Positions 38,479 to 48,937 of a DNA stretch of 64,000 nt are shown here, piece after piece. The translations under genes were made by a program, and so were the position numbers. Under the pieces are notes generated by a model, which was not told the origin of the DNA, did no database searches, and saw only the letters and a list, made by a program, of their open reading frames with translations. This DNA comes from an uncultured Candidatus Rokubacteria bacterium (GTDB lineage: Bacteria; Methylomirabilota; Methylomirabilia; Rokubacteriales; DASRDR01). The DNA lies in NCBI GenBank assembly GCA_963805625.1, contig CAWDVE010000025.1, forward strand, positions 1 through 64,000, written 5' to 3'. Every line of letters starts with the position of its first letter. Position 1 is the stretch's first letter.

Positions 38479-39174
38479 ATGAGAGGGGATGTGAAGCAGG
38501 CGCGCGGGCGCGCGCCGGGAGACGGCAGGGGTGACGGGGGCCTCTCGCCCACGCTGGTCGCGTGGCTCGCCGAGGAGCCGCTTCACGGTCGCGCCGTGCT
38601 GGATGTCGGGACTGGAACCGGCCGCCTCGCCCTCCACCTCGCCGCCCGGGCCCGGCGCGTGCTCGGGATCGACACCGATGCGGGCGCGCTCGTCGAGGCG
38701 CAACGTCACGCGCGTCTGGCAGGGCTCGGCAACGTCCTCTTCGTGGTGGCGGACGCCGAGCAAGTCGACTACCGGGCGTTCGGCCAGCCCGACCTCGTGG
38801 TCGCGCACCTCTGCATGTCCGACGCGATCGTCGCCCGGGCCGGAGCCAGCCTTCCGCCGGGTGGCGTCCTTGCCTTCGCGGCATTCCACACCGACCAGTG
38901 GCGGGAGACGGGCCGCGTGTCGCGCTTCGCCTACGGGGCCGACCGGGCTCGCGCCGTGCTGGGCGACGCCGGCCTGCGCGTCGAGCGCCTCGAGGTGGAG
39001 GCCGAGATCGCCCGCTTCTCGTCGGCGGCGGAGGCCCTGGCCGGGGTCGCCGGTCTGCGCTCCCGATGGGAGGCTGACGGGCGCTGGGCGGCCTGGGAGC
39101 GATTCGTCGCCGAGGGCGGCCGGACACTCACCCAGAGCCGGCTGGTCGTCCTCGCGCGGCGCGATGCGGTCTGA
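38479..39174 (+). CDS. Class I SAM-dependent methyltransferase
   Basis: VLDVGTGTGRLAL; LGID; ADAE. Confidence 0.8.
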   Translation: MRGDVKQARGRAPGDGRGDGGLSPTLVAWLAEEPLHGRAVLDVGTGTGRLALHLAARARRVLGIDTDAGALVEAQRHARLAGLGNVLFVVADAEQVDYRAFGQPDLVVAHLCMSDAIVARAGASLPPGGVLAFAAFHTDQWRETGRVSRFAYGADRARAVLGDAGLRVERLEVEAEIARFSSAAEALAGVAGLRSRWEADGRWAAWERFVAEGGRTLTQSRLVVLARRDAV

Positions 39175-39181
39175 CCGCGCC

Positions 39182-40315
39182 ATGACACCGGCGGCGCTTG
39201 CGGCGCGCGTCAAGGAAACCGGGCGCGGGCTCGGTTTCGACCTCGTCGCGGTCGGGCCGGCGAGCCCACCGGATCACGTGGCGGCCTTCCAGGGATGGCT
39301 CGACGCGGGCCATGCCGGAACCATGGCCTACCTCGAGCGGGGTCGGGACAAGCGGGTCGACCCTGGGCGGGTCCTGTCGGGCGCGCGGTCGGTGGTCGCG
39401 TGCGCCCTCGGATACTTTCAGGGCCCGGCGGAGGAAGGTCCATCTGGGGTGGCGCGGTACGCCTGGGGCGAGGACTACCACGCCGTCATCGAGCCCCGGC
39501 TCCGGACGCTTGCCGACACGATCCTCGAACTGGCGCCGGGGACGGTGGCGCGGGCTTACGTGGACACCGGTCCGCTCCTCGAGCGGGATCTCGCCGCACG
39601 GGCCGGCCTGGGATGGGTCGGGAAGAACACGATGCTGCTGCACCCGGACCTCGGCTCCTTCTTCTTCATCGGCGTGGTGCTGACCACGGCGGAGATCGAG
39701 CCCGATGCCCCCTTGCCAGACCGCTGCGGCAGTTGCACGCGCTGTCTGGACGCGTGCCCCACGGAGGCTTTCGTCCATCCCTACGTCCTGGACGCCCGGC
39801 GCTGCATCGCGTACCTGACGATCGAGCACCGGGGACCGATCCCGCCTGAGCTCAGGTCGGGCATCGGCAGGTGGACCTTTGGCTGCGACGTGTGCCAGGA
39901 CGTCTGCCCGTGGAACCGCCGCGCCCCACTCACCGGTGAGGCGGCGTTCGGGCCGCGCCGGCATCCGCCGCTCGCCGAGCTCCTCGCTCTCGGTGAGGCG
40001 GCCTACCTCGAGGGTTTCCGCGGGAGCCCGGTCAAGCGGGCGCGGCGAGAGGGGCTTGCCCGCAATGCCGCGATCGCGCTCGGCAACGGGGGGACGGCTG
40101 GCGACGTTCCGGCGCTGCGCGAGGCGCTGGGCCACGCCGAGCCGACCGTTCGCGGCCACGCCGCCTGGGCCCTCGGCCGCATCGGCGGAGCGGCGGCGTG
40201 CCGGGCGCTCCTCGCCGCGCGGACACAGGAGGCCGATGCCGACGTGCTCGAGGAGATCGAGCGTGCGGTTGCTGAGATGTCCCCGGCGGGCACTTCGAAG
40301 GGGGTGTCCGTATGA
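39182..40315 (+). CDS. queG: Epoxyqueuosine reductase
   Basis: ARYAWGEDYH; VDTGPLLER; CGSCTRCLDACPT; RRCIAYLTIE; GCDVCQDVCPWN; HEAT-like tail. Confidence 0.95.
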   Translation: MTPAALAARVKETGRGLGFDLVAVGPASPPDHVAAFQGWLDAGHAGTMAYLERGRDKRVDPGRVLSGARSVVACALGYFQGPAEEGPSGVARYAWGEDYHAVIEPRLRTLADTILELAPGTVARAYVDTGPLLERDLAARAGLGWVGKNTMLLHPDLGSFFFIGVVLTTAEIEPDAPLPDRCGSCTRCLDACPTEAFVHPYVLDARRCIAYLTIEHRGPIPPELRSGIGRWTFGCDVCQDVCPWNRRAPLTGEAAFGPRRHPPLAELLALGEAAYLEGFRGSPVKRARREGLARNAAIALGNGGTAGDVPALREALGHAEPTVRGHAAWALGRIGGAAACRALLAARTQEADADVLEEIERAVAEMSPAGTSKGVSV

Positions 40316-40908
40316 CGATCGATCCGACCCGCGACGCACTGGTCGTGGTGGATCTCCAGAACGACTTCTGCCCGGGCGGGGCGCTCGGGGTCCGGGGTGG
40401 GGACGCGATCATACCCGTCCTCAACCGGTATCTCGAGCGATTCGGAAGGGCCGGCGCGCCCGTGTTCCTGACGCGCGACTGGCACCCACCGGTGACCCGG
40501 CACTTCCGGGCCTATGGGGGAGTCTGGCCGCCGCACTGTGTCCAGGGCACTCGGGGCGCCGAGTTCCATCCGGGTCTCACGCCGCCCGCCGGCGCGGTGG
40601 TCGTCTCCAAGGGGATGGATCCCGAGCAGGATGCCTACTCCACCTTCCAGGCGGAGGACCGATCGGGCCGGCCGTTTTCGGCTGTACTCGCGGGGCGGGG
40701 TATCCGCCGGCTCTACGTCGGCGGGCTGGCCACGGACTACTGCGTCCGCGCGAGCGCCCTCGACGCGCTGCGGGAGGGGTTCGAGGTCGTTGTTCTCACG
40801 GATGCGATCGGCGCGGTCGAGCTCGAGCCTGGGGACGGAGCCCGGGCGATCGACGAGATGCGGGGGGCGGGCACAAGATTCGCCACGGCGAATGATCTCG
40901 GGATCTGA
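40312..40908 (+). CDS. pncA: Nicotinamidase/pyrazinamidase
   Basis: VVDLQNDFCPGG; DWHP; WPPHCVQ; GLATDYCV. Confidence 0.92.
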   Translation: MTIDPTRDALVVVDLQNDFCPGGALGVRGGDAIIPVLNRYLERFGRAGAPVFLTRDWHPPVTRHFRAYGGVWPPHCVQGTRGAEFHPGLTPPAGAVVVSKGMDPEQDAYSTFQAEDRSGRPFSAVLAGRGIRRLYVGGLATDYCVRASALDALREGFEVVVLTDAIGAVELEPGDGARAIDEMRGAGTRFATANDLGI

Positions 40909-40983
40909 CGTGCGTGCTAACATGAACTCGAGCATGCGGAATCGATTCATTCCTCGTCGATCGGCGTCTCGGGGAAGGTCGGC

Positions 40984-41529
40984 GTGGCGATCCTGAAGGT
41001 GGCCCGGCTGGGCCATCCGGTGCTCCGGCGGGTCGCCGAGCCCGTCCCCCGGGCGGAGATCGGGCGCCCGGAGACGCAGCGTCTCATCGACGACATGATC
41101 GAGACGATGCACGAGTACATCGGTGTCGGTCTCGCGGCACCCCAGGTTCACATCTCGCGGCAGATCGCCGTCCTCGAGTGCGATGCGCACCCGCGCCACC
41201 CCGACATGGAGCGCATCCCGCTGATGGTGATCATCAACCCGGTGTTGACGCCGGTCTCCGACGAGACGAACTCCGACTGGGAGGGCTGCCTTTCCATCCC
41301 GGATTTCCGCGGGGCCACCCCGCGGTACACGGCGATGCGGCTGGAGGCCTACGGTCGGAATGGCGAGCGCATCGATCTGGTCGCCAAGGACTTCTTCGCG
41401 CGGGTCCTCCAGCACGAGACGGACCACCTGAACGGGAAGGTCTACCTCGACCGGATGGGCGACCTTACGACTCTCTGCCATTTGCAGGAATGGTCCCGTT
41501 ACTGGCTCGATCGCGGGGAGCCGGAATGA
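40984..41529 (+). CDS. def: Peptide deformylase
   Basis: GVGLAAPQV; EGCLS; QHETDHLNG. Confidence 0.95.
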   Translation: MAILKVARLGHPVLRRVAEPVPRAEIGRPETQRLIDDMIETMHEYIGVGLAAPQVHISRQIAVLECDAHPRHPDMERIPLMVIINPVLTPVSDETNSDWEGCLSIPDFRGATPRYTAMRLEAYGRNGERIDLVAKDFFARVLQHETDHLNGKVYLDRMGDLTTLCHLQEWSRYWLDRGEPE

Positions 41530-41924
41530 GCGCCGGCGATCCGGTGCGGACCGTCGTCGCCCACGTCCGGGACCTGCTGTTCTCGAGCCGGATCGCGGAG
41601 ACCGCGCGACGTCTCGGATATCCATTCCAGGCCGCTCGGTCGCTCGACGACCTGCGCGTCGCGCTGGCGGGGCGCCCGAGCCTCGTCATGCTCGACCTCA
41701 CGGCCTCTGGCCTCGATATGGACGCCGCTCTCCGGGAGATCGAGGCCGCGGGGCGTCCGGCGCCCGTGCTCGGCTGGACGACCCACGCTCTCTGGAAGAC
41801 GACCAAGCCCCTCCACGAGCGATGCGACCGCGTGGTGACCCGCGAGACGCTGACCGGCGAGCTGCCGGAGCTGCTGCGGGGGTACGTGGAGACAGGGAGC
41901 GCACCGGGCGCGGGTACACCGTGA
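41526..41924 (+). CDS. Atypical receiver-like protein
   Basis: DLLFSSRI; PSLVMLDL; overlaps the def stop. Confidence 0.65.
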   Translation: MSAGDPVRTVVAHVRDLLFSSRIAETARRLGYPFQAARSLDDLRVALAGRPSLVMLDLTASGLDMDAALREIEAAGRPAPVLGWTTHALWKTTKPLHERCDRVVTRETLTGELPELLRGYVETGSAPGAGTP

Positions 41925-41938
41925 CGGGAGGGGCGGGC

Positions 41939-42598
41939 ATGGACGCGGAATCCTTCGTCCGGGATCTGGATGCGAAGAACCAGGAGCTGCTGCGGCGTCT
42001 CGCTCCCGAGTCGACGCTGAAGCCCGAGGTCGAGGGTGACCTCACCGTGGTGAACCTGCTCAAGGTCGCGCTGAAGAACGAGATCGAGGCGACCGAGAGC
42101 GCGGCGCGCTGGCTGACGACGACGCCCGAGATCGACGTCAAGCTGGCGCTCGCCCGCCAGGTCGGGGACGAGGCCAAGCACTACCGGTTGATCGCCGATC
42201 GGCTGCAGGAGCTGGGTTTCGATGCCCATGGATTCGACCCGCTCGCGAAGGGCTACGGGTCCCTGTTCCAGTATCTCGACGGACTCCGGACCACGGTGGA
42301 GCGCGTGGCAGCCGGGCAGTTCACCCGGGAGGCCATCGCGGTGGTGAAGAACCGGCAGTTCATCGAGTTCTGCGAGACCGCGCGCGACGAGGCGACGGCA
42401 CGGCTTTACCGAGACATCATCGAACCCGACGAGCGTCACCATCACGAGCTAGGTCGGCGCCTCTTGCTGCGTTACGCGACGACGCCGGAGACGCAGGAGG
42501 CGGCGCGGCGCGCCGCGACGCGAACGCTCGAGCTGGCCGAGGAGCTGCAAGGCGCGGCACTCCGGACCGGAGGCATCCACCACGCCCCCGGCTGCTGA
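41939..42598 (+). CDS. Ferritin-like domain protein
   Basis: ALKNEIEA; DEAKH; TREA; DERHH. Confidence 0.8.
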   Translation: MDAESFVRDLDAKNQELLRRLAPESTLKPEVEGDLTVVNLLKVALKNEIEATESAARWLTTTPEIDVKLALARQVGDEAKHYRLIADRLQELGFDAHGFDPLAKGYGSLFQYLDGLRTTVERVAAGQFTREAIAVVKNRQFIEFCETARDEATARLYRDIIEPDERHHHELGRRLLLRYATTPETQEAARRAATRTLELAEELQGAALRTGGIHHAPGC

Positions 42599-42626
42599 CC
42601 GACGCCGAACGAGGGAGGTGCGAAGG

Positions 42627-43295
42627 ATGATCCAGAGGCGTTTCAAGGGATCCGGGGCGCTGGCTGCCGTGACGATGGCCATCGCGATGATCGCGCTGGG
42701 CGGGTGCGGGAAGAAACCGCTGCCGCCCCTGTCGGCGATCGTCGACGCCCCGTACATCAGACCTGGCTCCTCTTGGACCTACAAGGTCGAGGACTCGGCC
42801 TGGAACGCGCCCCAGATGGTCACGCTCACGTTCATGAAAGACGACGTGTACAAGAACGCCGGCGTCCTGGCCTTCGCTGCCGGGAACGAGACCATCCTGT
42901 ACGACCGCGACCTGAACTTCGTGGCGGTCGCCTCTGACGGGCGGATCCTCCGCGAGGCCTCGCCGTCGCTCCGGTCGTACGACTTCCCGTTCCACGTGGG
43001 CAAGGAGTGGCGCTCGGTGTTCACGTTCCAGGACAACCAGAAGGGGCTGTCGTGGACCCCGGTCGAGGTGTTCTGGCGCGTCAAGGAGTACGACGAGATC
43101 AGTGTGCCGGCCGGCAAGTTCCGCGCCTTCCTCATCGAGAGCGAACCCAGCACGAACTGGGGAATCCGCAAGGAGCAGGTCTGGTATGCTCCCCAGGTGA
43201 AGCAGCTGGTGAAACGGGTGAGGGAGCGGACCTCGGCGCACTACGAGGGGAAGGGCAAGGATACCTGGGAGCTCGTGCAGTACACGCTGAAGTAG
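42627..43295 (+). CDS. Lipoprotein
   Basis: Lipobox LGGC; ISVPAGKF..WYAP. Confidence 0.75.
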   Translation: MIQRRFKGSGALAAVTMAIAMIALGGCGKKPLPPLSAIVDAPYIRPGSSWTYKVEDSAWNAPQMVTLTFMKDDVYKNAGVLAFAAGNETILYDRDLNFVAVASDGRILREASPSLRSYDFPFHVGKEWRSVFTFQDNQKGLSWTPVEVFWRVKEYDEISVPAGKFRAFLIESEPSTNWGIRKEQVWYAPQVKQLVKRVRERTSAHYEGKGKDTWELVQYTLK

Positions 43296-43311
43296 GCTCG
43301 GAGGGGCGATC

Positions 43312-44262
43312 ATGACGGTGGTGACGCAGCGACCGACGTATGCCGCGGTGCCGGGGTGGGGGAAGCTTCCCGACGGCTGGAGCTTTGTGGAGGCGACGGC
43401 CGTCGGCGTCGACTCGAAGGACAACGTCTACGTCTACAATCGCGGGGCCCACCCCGTGATCATCTTCGACCGGCAGGGCAAGTTCCTCCGCTCGTGGGGC
43501 GAGGGGATGACCAGCCGGGCCCACGGCATCACGATCGGTCCGGACGACACCGTCTGGCTGACCGACGACGGCAACCACACGATCCGGCAGTACACCGCCG
43601 ACGGGAAGCTCCTCCTGTCGATCGGCGATCCCGACAAGCCGTCGCCGCCCCACAGCGGGAAGCCATTCAACCGGCCCACCCACGTCGCGCTCTCGCCGCA
43701 GACCGGGGACGTCTACATCTCGGACGGGTACGGGAACTCCCGCGTGCACAAGTACGATCCGAAGGGCCGGCTGCTCTTCTCGTGGGGCGAGCCGGGCACC
43801 GATCCGGGGTGCTTCAACATTCCGCACAACATCGCCACGGACTCCGAGGGCCTCGTGTACGTGGCGGACCGGGAGAACCATCGCGTCCAGGTGTTCGACG
43901 GGAAGGGGCACTACCAGTACCAGATCAACAACCTGCACCGGGCCTGCGCGCTCTACATCGACCGCGCGAACGGCGGGCGGATCTTCGTCGGCGAGCTACC
44001 CTCGCACCTCCCGGTCAACGCGGCGGTGCCGAACATCGGGGCCCGGGTGAGCGTGCTCACCCTCAAGGGCGATCTTCTCGCGCGAGTGGGCGGGAAGTTC
44101 TGGGGCGAGGGGCCGGGCGAGTTCATCGCCCCGCACGGCGTCGTCATGGATTCGCATGGGGATTTCTACGTCGCCGAGGTCGCGTTCACGGCCAAGGGCC
44201 GCCACGAGACCCCGCCACGGGAGATCCGAAGCCTCCAGAAGTTCGCGCTCGCCCGCGGCTAG
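43312..44262 (+). CDS. NHL-repeat protein (peptidyl-alpha-hydroxyglycine lyase-like)
   Basis: HGI; FNRPTHVA; SDGYGNSRV; PHNIA; ADRENHRVQVFD. Confidence 0.88.
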   Translation: MTVVTQRPTYAAVPGWGKLPDGWSFVEATAVGVDSKDNVYVYNRGAHPVIIFDRQGKFLRSWGEGMTSRAHGITIGPDDTVWLTDDGNHTIRQYTADGKLLLSIGDPDKPSPPHSGKPFNRPTHVALSPQTGDVYISDGYGNSRVHKYDPKGRLLFSWGEPGTDPGCFNIPHNIATDSEGLVYVADRENHRVQVFDGKGHYQYQINNLHRACALYIDRANGGRIFVGELPSHLPVNAAVPNIGARVSVLTLKGDLLARVGGKFWGEGPGEFIAPHGVVMDSHGDFYVAEVAFTAKGRHETPPREIRSLQKFALARG

Positions 44263-44318
44263 ACCGCACCGCATCCTCGTTTCTCGCCGGCCGCTCGTCC
44301 GGCCGGCGGGAGACCGTG

Positions 44319-44687
44319 CTATCGCCCGAGTTCCTCGAGGAGCGCGTCCGCTGCCCGACGGACCTGCGTCGCGAGATCCGGCTCGCTCGCGGCGTCCAGT
44401 CGGTCGGCCACGGCCAGGACGTGCTCGAGGTCACCCGCATCCTGGGCATGATGGAAGGCCAAGAGGTACGCCTTCCCGGCTGTCAGGGGCTGGCCGTCCA
44501 GAGTGCCCGTTAACTGACCGGCTGCCAGCTCGTCCCCCGTCCGGACCACCGTCGTCCAGACCTCCGCCATCTGTCCTTCCCGGCGCGGCGCCCTCGCCGT
44601 AACGCTGAGCCCGATCGCTATCGTGAGCGCCGCCACGACGAGCCACCCCGGCCTTCGGGCCGCGAACCCTGATCCACGGTCCGCCAT
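44319..44687 (-). CDS. Hypothetical membrane-anchored protein
   Basis: TM segment WLVVAALTIAIGLSV; helical C-terminus. Confidence 0.55.
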   Translation of the reverse strand: MADRGSGFAARRPGWLVVAALTIAIGLSVTARAPRREGQMAEVWTTVVRTGDELAAGQLTGTLDGQPLTAGKAYLLAFHHAQDAGDLEHVLAVADRLDAASEPDLATQVRRAADALLEELGR

Positions 44688-45349
44688 GCGCCATGCCCTC
44701 CTTCGTGGGTCGAGCCCCACGCGTGACGAGGAGAGCAAAGGCAATGCCTGAGGCCAGGTCGTGTAACTGAGCGCGAGACAAGGCCGATCCAGCACCGACC
44801 CGTAGCGGCGATAGTACGGGGTCGGCCTTTTCGGATACAGGATGAGTGAGCGAGAGGCGGTCCGCCCAGGTCCATGAATGGGCGGCGCCTTCCGCGCGAG
44901 CGACGAATCATGACCGGTCCATGCACTCTTCTCAAAATCCAAAATCACGTTGCGCATCGTCGCTGCGGTCTCGATCCGAAGGGGATTCCACCTGTCTCGG
45001 CTGAGGCTGTCTCGGCCAGCGTAGTGGCCGGCGGGCGGGCCGCCGGACCGCAATCGCGGGTCCGTCCGCCACTGCGCCGAGAGGGCTGCGGCGACGAGCC
45101 GCGACTCCACCCCCAGCGGGGGCCTTCCGCTGCGCTGGCCGGGATCGGTCGGAAGGTTGCCGGGAGAGCCCACGCCTTGACGCCGTCGACGGGCAGGGCG
45201 TAGCGTCCAAAGTAGACGGCCGTCCGCGGACCGTCCGGACCGGAGGCTCTCATGGGCCTGGGATTGGCCGGACAACCGACTGGCGCCCTCGTTGTCCGTG
45301 GTTACGACCACGGAACGACGAGGGCCTTCGTGTCTTCAGGGGGGACGTC

Positions 45350-45877
45350 ATGATCGATCAGGCCGAGACGACGACTCTCGGTTCGGGACAGCCGGAAGCC
45401 GGCACGGGGGATAGGCTCTACCAGGAGGGGTTCGTGGCGGGAGTCATCGGCGCCGCCACGATCGCCGTGTGGTTCCTCATCCTCGACAGCCTCGCCGGGC
45501 AACCCCTCCGGACGCCGTCGATCCTGGGCACCGCGATCTTCCGCAATGGTGCCGGAACGGCGGCGACGGAAGTCGCGTCCGTCTCGCTCGAGATGGTGGT
45601 CCTGTACACGTGGGTCCACGGGCTCGTGTTCTGCGTCATCGGCGGTATCGCCGCGCGGCTCCTCTCGGTGGCCGAGCGACGGCCGAACGCGGGCTTCGGG
45701 ATCCTCCTGCTGTTCGTCGTCTTCGAGTTCGGGTTCCTCGTGCTCACGCTCCTGTTCGCGGAGCCGGTCCTGCACGCCCTGACCTGGCTCGCGATCCTGG
45801 TGGGGAACCTGCTCGCCGCGGCTGCGATGGGCGCCTACTTCTGGCGCCGCCACCCGGATCTCCAGATCTCTCCCTGA
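45350..45877 (+). CDS. Multi-pass membrane protein
   Basis: EGFVAGVIGAATIAVWFLILD..PLRTPSILG; about 4 TM segments. Confidence 0.75.
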   Translation: MIDQAETTTLGSGQPEAGTGDRLYQEGFVAGVIGAATIAVWFLILDSLAGQPLRTPSILGTAIFRNGAGTAATEVASVSLEMVVLYTWVHGLVFCVIGGIAARLLSVAERRPNAGFGILLLFVVFEFGFLVLTLLFAEPVLHALTWLAILVGNLLAAAAMGAYFWRRHPDLQISP

Positions 45878-46865
45878 GTCCGGCCACGACGGTCGCGTCC
45901 GCTGGCGGCATCGGGAGAGACTGGAGCTCGTCGGGTGTCACCCAACGATAAGGCTGGCCCTCGCGGGATCTGATGCGCCCATCGGTGAGCTGGCACCGGA
46001 AGAAGTGGAGAAGAACGCGCCGATCCGGATATGTCCACGGGACGACGGCCGTCCGCGCGCCCACCCGGACTCGGACCCCCAGCTCCTCGTCGAGCTCGCG
46101 GGCCAGGCACGCCTCGAGCGACTCGCCGAACTCGCGCTTCCCTCCGGGGAACTCCCAGAGCCCCCCGAGATGTTTCGCCGGGTCGCGCTGCGTCACGAGG
46201 AGGCGTCCAGCGCGCTCGACGACCGCCGCGGTCACCTCCATCACGGGGAAGCCGGCGCGTGCGGCCAGCTCTCCGAAGAGTGCGAGGAGCGAGGCGCGGT
46301 AGGTGGGCCACGCACCGGGGTGTCGGCTCGCGTTCGCTGGATGGAGGAGGACCACCACCTCCCGCCCGCCCGCTCGGTAGCGCCGCCCGTGGTCATCCGG
46401 AAGACGCACGGGCTGATCCAGCACCGCGCGCGCGGCGACGGCGCCCACGGCCACCACGACCTCCGGGCGGAGCGCCTCGAGCTCGGCGGCGAGGAACGGC
46501 TGGCATCGTCGAGCCTCGCTCGCGAGCGGGCTGCGGTTTCCCCGGCTGCTGCTCCGGCGCGTCCCGATCGCGGGCCAGCACTTGACGGCGTTGGTCAGAT
46601 AGAAGAGGTCCTCGAGGTCGAGCCCGAGACGCCGGATCTCGCGGCGCAGAAGCATCCCGCCGGCGCCGGTCCACTGTCGGCCGTTCTCGATGCTGGCGAT
46701 TCCCGGAGCCTCGCCGACGAGGGCGAACCGAGCGTCGCGCCGACCGAGGGCGCCCGCCGGGAACTTCCGCCAGCCGCGCATCGTCGGGCACGCGCGGCAC
46801 GCGGCGACCCGGCGGAGCGCTCGCGGGAGCGAGGGTGGCGGCGGCGACGCCTTTCGCCGCGTCAG
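45744..46865 (-). CDS. Family-4-like uracil-DNA glycosylase fused to a MutT/NUDIX domain
   Basis: CRAC; VGEAPG; TNAVKC; HPA; then WEFPGGKREFGESLEACLARELDEELG; start is probably a CTG overlapping the mutY TGA. Confidence 0.8.
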   Translation of the reverse strand: MTRRKASPPPPSLPRALRRVAACRACPTMRGWRKFPAGALGRRDARFALVGEAPGIASIENGRQWTGAGGMLLRREIRRLGLDLEDLFYLTNAVKCWPAIGTRRSSSRGNRSPLASEARRCQPFLAAELEALRPEVVVAVGAVAARAVLDQPVRLPDDHGRRYRAGGREVVVLLHPANASRHPGAWPTYRASLLALFGELAARAGFPVMEVTAAVVERAGRLLVTQRDPAKHLGGLWEFPGGKREFGESLEACLARELDEELGVRVRVGARTAVVPWTYPDRRVLLHFFRCQLTDGRIRSREGQPYRWVTPDELQSLPMPPADATVVAGLRERSGDPGGGARSRRPSQPRRAGSPPGSRARSGRAGPAPRTGA

Positions 46866-47554
46866 CTGGCGTCCCAGGGGTACGCGCGGCAGAAGCGCCG
46901 CATCGGGCAGGGGAGGCAGAGGGGCTTCCTCGCGGTGCACCAGGTCGCCCCGAAGTCCATGAGGGCCTGGTTGAAGTCGTACACGCGCACCCGCGGGAGG
47001 ATCCGCTCGGCCAGCGCCCACAGAGCCGCCGTCGCAACGCGGCGGCCGTCCTCGCCGTGGAAGACGCGGCCGAGGACGCGCCGGACGTTGGTGTCGAGGA
47101 TGGGGGCGCGCGCCCCGTAAGCGAACGACCTCACCGCTCCCGCCGTGTACCGTCCGATTCCCTTCATCGCGCGGAGGGCCTTGTCGTCGACCGGGAGGCG
47201 GCCACCGTAGCGCGCGACCGTCTCTTGCGCGATGCCGTGGAGGTGCACCGGTCGGATGTTGTACCCGAGGGGGTACCATGTGCGCATGACGTCGGCGACG
47301 TCCGCCGTGGCGAGCGCCTCGAGCGTCGGGTAGCGGCCGAGGAACTCCTGGTACTTCGGAATGACGCGGTCCACCTGTGTCTGCTGGAGCATGATTTCCG
47401 AGACCAGCACGTGGTAGGGGTCGCGTGTCCGGCGCCAGGGCAGGTCGCGCTGGTGGCGGGCGTACCAGCGCAGGAGGCCCCCACGGAAGCGCCGGACCGC
47501 CCGGGTGTCGGGGGTCGCTGGGGCCGGGCGCCGGCCGGGGGGCTTTCGTGGCAC
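46862..47554 (-). CDS. mutY: A/G-specific adenine glycosylase (catalytic domain only)
   Basis: RDLPWR; VSEIMLQQTQV; LGY; GIGRYTAGAV; DTNVRRV; NQALMDFGATWC..C..C..C. Confidence 0.88.
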   Translation of the reverse strand: MPRKPPGRRPAPATPDTRAVRRFRGGLLRWYARHQRDLPWRRTRDPYHVLVSEIMLQQTQVDRVIPKYQEFLGRYPTLEALATADVADVMRTWYPLGYNIRPVHLHGIAQETVARYGGRLPVDDKALRAMKGIGRYTAGAVRSFAYGARAPILDTNVRRVLGRVFHGEDGRRVATAALWALAERILPRVRVYDFNQALMDFGATWCTARKPLCLPCPMRRFCRAYPWDAS

Positions 47555-47851
47555 GAGGCCGATTATATCGAGCGGCCCGGTCCCGGGGACCGAGCGAGGG
47601 AGAGTGTGACGCCGGCGCGACAGCCGGGCTCGCGCGGATCTTCCGGAGGACCCATCTCGCAGTAGTGACGCGCGCCCCAGCCTGACGGCGAACGCTCCCA
47701 CCTCCGGGCCGGCCGCGTCCCGCATGGCGGCATGATCGGGCTTCGCTCGTCCTCGGGCAAGCGCTGGTGTCGAGGCGCACATCTTCCGGCGGCGGTTCCG
47801 GCGGTACAGCGCGGGGGCCGGTATAATGCAGGCGCAGCGGATGAGCGAAAC

Positions 47852-48937
47852 ATGAGCGAGCGACTCCCCCTCCATGATGTCCACGAGCGCCTCGGCGCGC
47901 GCTGCGTCGCGGTCGACGGGCTTCTTGTTCCGCGCGACTACGGGGATCCGACCGCCGAACACAAGGCCGTGCGCGAGCGGGCGGGCCTGATCGACCGCTC
48001 CGAGCGCGGGAAGATCGAGGTCACCGGGAAGGACCGCGCGACCTTCCTCCATGGGCTCGTCTCGAGCGACGTCAAGGGTCTCGCTCCCGGACAGGGCTGC
48101 GAGACGGCCCTCCTCGACGTCCACGGGAAGGTGACTGCGCTCCTCGCGGTCCACTGCCTGTCCGACCGCCTCGTGCTCGAGACGGACCGCCAGCTGGCCG
48201 GGCCGCTCCTGGCTGCGATCGACCGCTATCTCTTCTCCGAGCGGGTCGAGCTAGAGGACGTGACGCCCGCGTGGGGGATCCTCACCGCAGCGGGTCCGAC
48301 CGCCCGCAAGACCGTGGAGCAGGCAGTCGGCGCGGCCCTCCCCGACCTCTCCCGCTGGCAGCACGTGGTCATGCCCTGGGAGGGGATGGAGATCCGCGTC
48401 GTCCGAACGGACGAGACCGGGGAGGAAGGCTACGACCTCTGGGCGTCCACGGGTGGGCTTGAACAGCTCTGGGAGCGGCTCCGGGAGTCGGGCGCCCGCC
48501 CGGTCGGGCGCGCGGCGTGGGATGTGCTGCGGGTGGAGGCGGGGGTCGTCCGCTACGGCGTGGACGTTGACGCGGCGACGCTCCTCCTGGAAGCGCCCCT
48601 TCCCGAGTCCTACTCCCTCAACAAGGGCTGCTATCTCGGCCAGGAGGTCATCGCGCGGATCACCTACCGGGGCCACGTGAACCGGAAGATCGTGGGCTTC
48701 CGCTTCGCGGGGGCGCGGCTGCCGCCCGCCGGGGCGCCGGTCCTGGTCGAGGGGAAAGAAGTCGGGCGGATCACGAGCGCCGTCCTCTCGCCAGCCCTCG
48801 GGATCGGGCTGGCCCTCGGGTTCGTGCGCAGGGAGCACCACGAGCCCGGGACGCGGGTCGAGGTGCAGGATGGAGGCGAGTTGCTCTCGGCCGAGGTCGC
48901 GGCGCTGCCGTTCTACCGGCGGACCGCGTCGGCGTGA
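47852..48937 (+). CDS. ygfZ: YgfZ/GcvT-family folate-binding protein
   Basis: KGCYLGQE motif; TATAAT at 47822-47827. Confidence 0.8.
   Translation: MSERLPLHDVHERLGARCVAVDGLLVPRDYGDPTAEHKAVRERAGLIDRSERGKIEVTGKDRATFLHGLVSSDVKGLAPGQGCETALLDVHGKVTALLAVHCLSDRLVLETDRQLAGPLLAAIDRYLFSERVELEDVTPAWGILTAAGPTARKTVEQAVGAALPDLSRWQHVVMPWEGMEIRVVRTDETGEEGYDLWASTGGLEQLWERLRESGARPVGRAAWDVLRVEAGVVRYGVDVDAATLLLEAPLPESYSLNKGCYLGQEVIARITYRGHVNRKIVGFRFAGARLPPAGAPVLVEGKEVGRITSAVLSPALGIGLALGFVRREHHEPGTRVEVQDGGELLSAEVAALPFYRRTASA

Noticed and set aside
44700-45340. 640-bp divergent intergenic region as an ncRNA or riboswitch
   Set aside because: No recognisable motif or convincing structure by eye
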